A stretch of DNA of 49,375 nucleotides, taken from Longimicrobium sp. GTDB taxonomy: Bacteria > Gemmatimonadota > Gemmatimonadetes > Longimicrobiales > Longimicrobiaceae. The stretch covers positions 1 to 49,375 of the forward strand of contig DASVSA010000606.1 in assembly GCA_036388335.1 (NCBI GenBank), written 5' to 3'. Positions 45,808 through 49,375 of this stretch are shown here, in pieces. Made by a program: the position numbers and the translations under genes. Positions within the stretch are counted from its first letter, which is position 1. Each line of letters opens with the position of its first letter. The notes below the pieces were generated by a model that was given only the letters and a program-made list of their open reading frames with translations, was not told where the DNA came from and did no database searches.

Positions 45808-47508
45808 ATGACCCGGTTTCGCTTCGCCCTGCTGCTCCCGGCGCTGCTCGTGATGAGCGCGCAGGTTCCCGCGCTCGCCCAGAACGCCACCCCCGTCCCG
45901 CAGCAGCAGGACACGACGGATCGTCCGCCGCGCGACGAGACCGGCTCCACCCAGCGGTCCATGGCCGGGGCCAGCGCCGGTCCCCTGCTGGACCGTCCCA
46001 TCAACCGCAGCGAGTACGTGCTCGGGGCGGGCGACGAGGTCAACGTGTCGATCCTGGGGGGCGTCAGCCGCATCTACACCGCGGCCGTGCTTCCCGAGGG
46101 CACGGTGCTGGTGCCGACGGTGGGAGTGGTGCGCGTGGCCGGGCTGACGGTGGACGACGCCGAGGCCCGGGTGAGGTCGGCGGTGCTCCGCTACTACCGC
46201 AACGTAGAGGTGCGGCTGGGGCTGGCGCGGGTGCGGCAGTTCAAGGTGTTCGTGGTGGGGAACGTGGACGACCCCGGGGTGCGGGTGGCGTCGGCCGTCA
46301 CGAGGGTGAGCGAGGTGGTGGAGGGGATCTCCCCCACCGGCGCCATCCGCCGCAACGTCCTGGTGCGGCGCGCGTCGGGCGACACGGTGTCGGTGGACCT
46401 CGCCCGCTTCCTGCTGGCGGGCGACCTGAGCCAGGACCCCCGCCTGCAGGACGGCGACGTGCTGGTGGTGCCCACCGTGGGCGAGACCGTGGCGGTGCAC
46501 GGCCGCGTGGCGTACCCGGGGACGTACGAGTACCGCCGCGGCGAGTCCGTGGCCGATCTCCTGTCCATCGCCAACGGCGGCGCCGGGTTCCCCGCCAGCG
46601 CGGCAGACTCGGTGCGGGTGTCGCGCTTCGTGTCCGCACAGCAGCGGGAGCAGGTCGTGATCCCGCAGGCGGAGGCGGTGGGCGCGCGGGGCCGCTCGCT
46701 GATGCTGCGGCCCTTCGACGCCGTGTTCGTCCCGGAAGTCTCCAACTACAAGGTGCAGCGCACGGCCACCATCGCGGGGCTCGCGCTCCGCCCGGGGACC
46801 TATCCCATCCGGCCGGACACCACCACCGTGGCCGAGCTCATCGCCCTGGCCGGCGGCCTGCGACCCGAGGCCTCGATCGCGGAAGCCACGCTCCGCAGGC
46901 AGCCGGCTCCGGACCCGCGCGCGGACCCTCGCGAAGACGCGCGCGGGAACACGCGGACTGCGCCGGAGCGGAGCGGATCCGAGCGGCGGCTTACCCCCCA
47001 GGAAGAGGCTGCCCAGCGGGAAACGGCCCTGGCCGCGCTCAGCCGCGCGGAGCGGCGCATCGTGCAGATCAACAACGAGAGCCTGGACTCGTTCGTCACC
47101 ATCGACCTCACGCGTGCCTCGGGCACCCCCGGGAGCGGCATGGACCAGCGCCTGCGCAACGGCGACCTCCTGATGGTGCCGGAGCGCCGCAACGAGGTGA
47201 CGGTGCTGGGCGCGGTGACGCGGCCGGGGATCGTGTCCTTCGTTCCCGGCCAGCCGCTGGGGTACTACGTGCTCGTCGCGGGCGGGTTCGGCAGGGGAGC
47301 CGACCGCGGAGACCTGATGGTGCTCCGGCCCCGGTCGGGAGCGCGGCTGAGCTGGCGAGACGTGCAGGTGGTGGAGCCGGGCGACCGGATCATCGTGCCG
47401 TTCCGCGAGCACCGCACGCTGCTGGAGCGCGTGCAGACGGTGCAGGGCGTGCTCACCACCATCACGGGCACCATCCTTTCGTTCCTGGCCTTCAAGCAGC
47501 TTTTCTGA
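45808..47508 (+). CDS. Large polysaccharide export (OPX, KpsD-like) protein with multiple SLBB domains
   Basis: Signal peptide ...PALAQ; YVLGAGDEV Poly_export motif; repeated V.V.G.V..PG SLBB motifs; hydrophobic C-terminal helix. Confidence 0.88.
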   Translation: MTRFRFALLLPALLVMSAQVPALAQNATPVPQQQDTTDRPPRDETGSTQRSMAGASAGPLLDRPINRSEYVLGAGDEVNVSILGGVSRIYTAAVLPEGTVLVPTVGVVRVAGLTVDDAEARVRSAVLRYYRNVEVRLGLARVRQFKVFVVGNVDDPGVRVASAVTRVSEVVEGISPTGAIRRNVLVRRASGDTVSVDLARFLLAGDLSQDPRLQDGDVLVVPTVGETVAVHGRVAYPGTYEYRRGESVADLLSIANGGAGFPASAADSVRVSRFVSAQQREQVVIPQAEAVGARGRSLMLRPFDAVFVPEVSNYKVQRTATIAGLALRPGTYPIRPDTTTVAELIALAGGLRPEASIAEATLRRQPAPDPRADPREDARGNTRTAPERSGSERRLTPQEEAAQRETALAALSRAERRIVQINNESLDSFVTIDLTRASGTPGSGMDQRLRNGDLLMVPERRNEVTVLGAVTRPGIVSFVPGQPLGYYVLVAGGFGRGADRGDLMVLRPRSGARLSWRDVQVVEPGDRIIVPFREHRTLLERVQTVQGVLTTITGTILSFLAFKQLF

Positions 47509-47576
47509 GACAGGCGTGCGGACGCGGGCGCGTCCTGTACCCATGCGGCGCAACACCAAGCGTGACCAGGTGAGAA

Positions 47577-48782
47577 ATGATTGAAGACGGGCAGGCACAG
47601 CGGACGAACGGCACGGGCGCGCCGGCAGGGTTCCGCCCGCTGGCGGCGCTGTTCCGCCACTGGCGGACGATCGTGGGCGTGACCGTGGCCACGGTGCTGG
47701 CCGCTCTTGCGGTGTCCGCGATCTACCCCAAGTCGTACCGGGCGAAGATCGTCCTGTACCCGGCCGAGGGGAAGCAGGCGTCGGGGCCGGCGTTCCTGGG
47801 CCAGAACCCCCTGGCCATGCTGGCCATGGGCGGGATGAGCACCCCCAACCGCCAGCTCATCTCGCTGGTGCTCACGAGCCGGTCGATCGAGGACTCGGTC
47901 GCCAGCAGGGTGGGCGAGCCCCGGCGCGCCAAGGTCGAGACGACGCGGCAGGACGGCTCCATCGTCGTGAACATCTATGACCGCGACCCGGTGAAGGCGG
48001 CGCGCATCGCCAACCTTTACCCGGAGCTCGCCAACGCGAGCATCTCGCGCATCGGGGTGGACGCGGCGGACCGGCGGCGGCGCATCCTGGACGCGCAGCT
48101 GGAGGGCGCGCGCGAGCGGATGAACCAGGCCGAGGAGCGGCTCATCCGCTTCCTGCGCGAGCAGCAGGGCGGGCCCGAGCTGGCGGCGCAGGCCACGGCC
48201 ACGCTGCAGGCCGCCGCCGGGCTGCAGCGCGAGATCGGCGAGCTGGAGATCCGGGTGGCGCAGCTTCGCCGCACCGCCACCCCCGAGAACCCGGAGCTGC
48301 GCGCGGCCACCGCCGACCTGGCGGCCCGCCGGGCCCAGGTGCAGCGGCTCACCACGTCCGGCGCCGGGCCGGCCCTGCCGTCGCTCAACCGTTCGTCCGA
48401 GATGAAGGTGGCGGCGGTGCGCGAGATGCGCGACGCGGAGGAGGCTCAGCAGATCTACGCCACCCTGCGCGCGCAGCTGCTGAGCGCCGAGATGGACGCC
48501 AGGCAGGACCTTCCGGCCATCAGCGTGCTGGACCCCGCGCTGGTACCCAAGCAGCCCGAGTCGCTGAGCTGGCCGCTGGTGGCGGTGCTGTCGCTGCTGC
48601 TGGGGCTGGCGCTGGGGTGCGGGCGCGTGCTGCTCCGCGCCTACCTGCGCAGCGCGCGCGAGATCGCGGACCACCGCGAGGTGTTCTCGGCGTACGACCA
48701 GTTCAAGACCGAGGTGGCGGGCACGGTGCTGCCCAACCGCTGGGTGTCGCGCGGCGGCACGCCCTCGCGCCGGGACGGCTGA
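47577..48782 (+). CDS. Wzz/GumC-type chain-length regulator (co-polymerase without kinase domain)
   Basis: N-terminal TM plus PK.YRA, A..AA.IAN, a long coiled-coil, and VLDPA..P..P followed by a Gly-rich second TM. Confidence 0.82.
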   Translation: MIEDGQAQRTNGTGAPAGFRPLAALFRHWRTIVGVTVATVLAALAVSAIYPKSYRAKIVLYPAEGKQASGPAFLGQNPLAMLAMGGMSTPNRQLISLVLTSRSIEDSVASRVGEPRRAKVETTRQDGSIVVNIYDRDPVKAARIANLYPELANASISRIGVDAADRRRRILDAQLEGARERMNQAEERLIRFLREQQGGPELAAQATATLQAAAGLQREIGELEIRVAQLRRTATPENPELRAATADLAARRAQVQRLTTSGAGPALPSLNRSSEMKVAAVREMRDAEEAQQIYATLRAQLLSAEMDARQDLPAISVLDPALVPKQPESLSWPLVAVLSLLLGLALGCGRVLLRAYLRSAREIADHREVFSAYDQFKTEVAGTVLPNRWVSRGGTPSRRDG

Positions 48783-48796
48783 GCCGCGGCCCCGCG

Positions 48797-48841
48797 CACG
48801 GGCACGGAGACACGGGAAAGCCGTGCCTCCGTCCCCGTGAG
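48797..48841. repeat. Degenerate copy of the CAC(A/G)GAG palindromic repeat
   Basis: CACGGGCACGGAGACACGG, loop GAAAG, then CCGTGCCTCCGTCCCCGTGAG. This hairpin follows the wzz-like stop. Confidence 0.6.
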
Positions 48842-48850
48842 GCTGTTCGC

Positions 48851-48879
48851 TTGCTGGGCCCTGGCGGCGGGACTATCTT
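48851..48879 (+). promoter_or_regulatory. Putative sigma70 promoter for ugd
   Basis: TTGCTG (48851-48856), 17 nt spacer, TATCTT (48874-48879). Confidence 0.5.
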
Positions 48880-48952
48880 CCCGCGTGCAAAAATCCCTCG
48901 AACGACCTGCATTCGTGGGCCGCTGTACCCTCAAACTTGAATCCGCGGAATC

Positions 48953-49375
48953 ATGCATATCGCAGTCGTAGGCACCGGCTACGTGGGACTCGTGGCGGGC
49001 GCCTGCCTGGCGGAGACCGGCAACGACGTGGTCTGCGCGGACATCGACGCGCACAAGATCGCGCGCCTCAACGCCGGCGAGATCCCCATCTACGAGCCGG
49101 GGCTGGAGCCGCTGGTGGAGCGCAACCTGCGCGAGGGGCGGCTGACCTTCACCACCGACGTGGCGCAGGCCACCCGCGACGCGGAGGTCATCTTCATCGC
49201 CGTGGGCACGCCGCCGGGCGAGGACGGCTCGGCGGACCTCAAGCACGTGCTGGCGGTGGCGGAGACGGTGGGGCAGAACATGCCGGAGGACGGGCCGGAG
49301 AAGATCGTCATCACCAAGAGCACGGTGCCGGTGGGTACCGCGAAGAAGGTGAAGGACGCCATCCGCCGCCACACC
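48953..49375 (+). CDS. ugd: UDP-glucose 6-dehydrogenase, 3' partial (absent from the ORF track)
   Basis: My translation gives [32 protein letters not shown]...PIYEPGL...FIAVGTP..EDGSADL...TKSTVPVGT and runs off the window end. Confidence 0.93.
   Translation, partial: MHIAVVGTGYVGLVAGACLAETGNDVVCADIDAHKIARLNAGEIPIYEPGLEPLVERNLREGRLTFTTDVAQATRDAEVIFIAVGTPPGEDGSADLKHVLAVAETVGQNMPEDGPEKIVITKSTVPVGTAKKVKDAIRRHT

Overview
Very GC-rich bacterial DNA. The codon bias and intergenic repeat families suggest Gemmatimonadota, possibly Longimicrobium-like, but this is inference. Almost the whole window is one large surface-polysaccharide (capsule/EPS/O-antigen) locus, open at both ends. It encodes about ten glycosyltransferases, four SAM methyltransferases and an AsnB-type amidotransferase. 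Precursor genes include rfbBACD (dTDP-rhamnose), nucleotide-sugar dehydrogenases and epimerases, and a complete GDP-D-glycero-D-manno-heptose pathway (gmhA, hddA, hddC-gmhB fusion). Assembly and export genes are Wzx, two Wzy/ligase-like proteins, WecA, two OPX exporters, a Wzc without its tyrosine tail, a Wzz-like protein and two divergent Wzi-like beta-barrels. The best candidate for an undescribed system lies at 20046-29803. An L-2-hydroxyglutarate oxidase (lhgO) is translationally coupled to a close homologue of Campylobacter Cj1427, the GDP-heptose C4-dehydrogenase that reduces 2-oxoglutarate to L-2-hydroxyglutarate. They are followed by heptose genes, a sugar C-methyltransferase, an Fcl-like reductase and an orphan DUF4422-like protein. 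This suggests a self-recycling redox loop making a branched C-methyl heptose. A decayed ISL3 and an ArsR-SRPBCC cassette with a perfect 24-bp operator interrupt the locus, and several palindromic repeat families occupy the intergenic gaps. No rRNA, tRNA or CRISPR array was seen. All protein assignments come from motif recognition by eye; no database searches were run.
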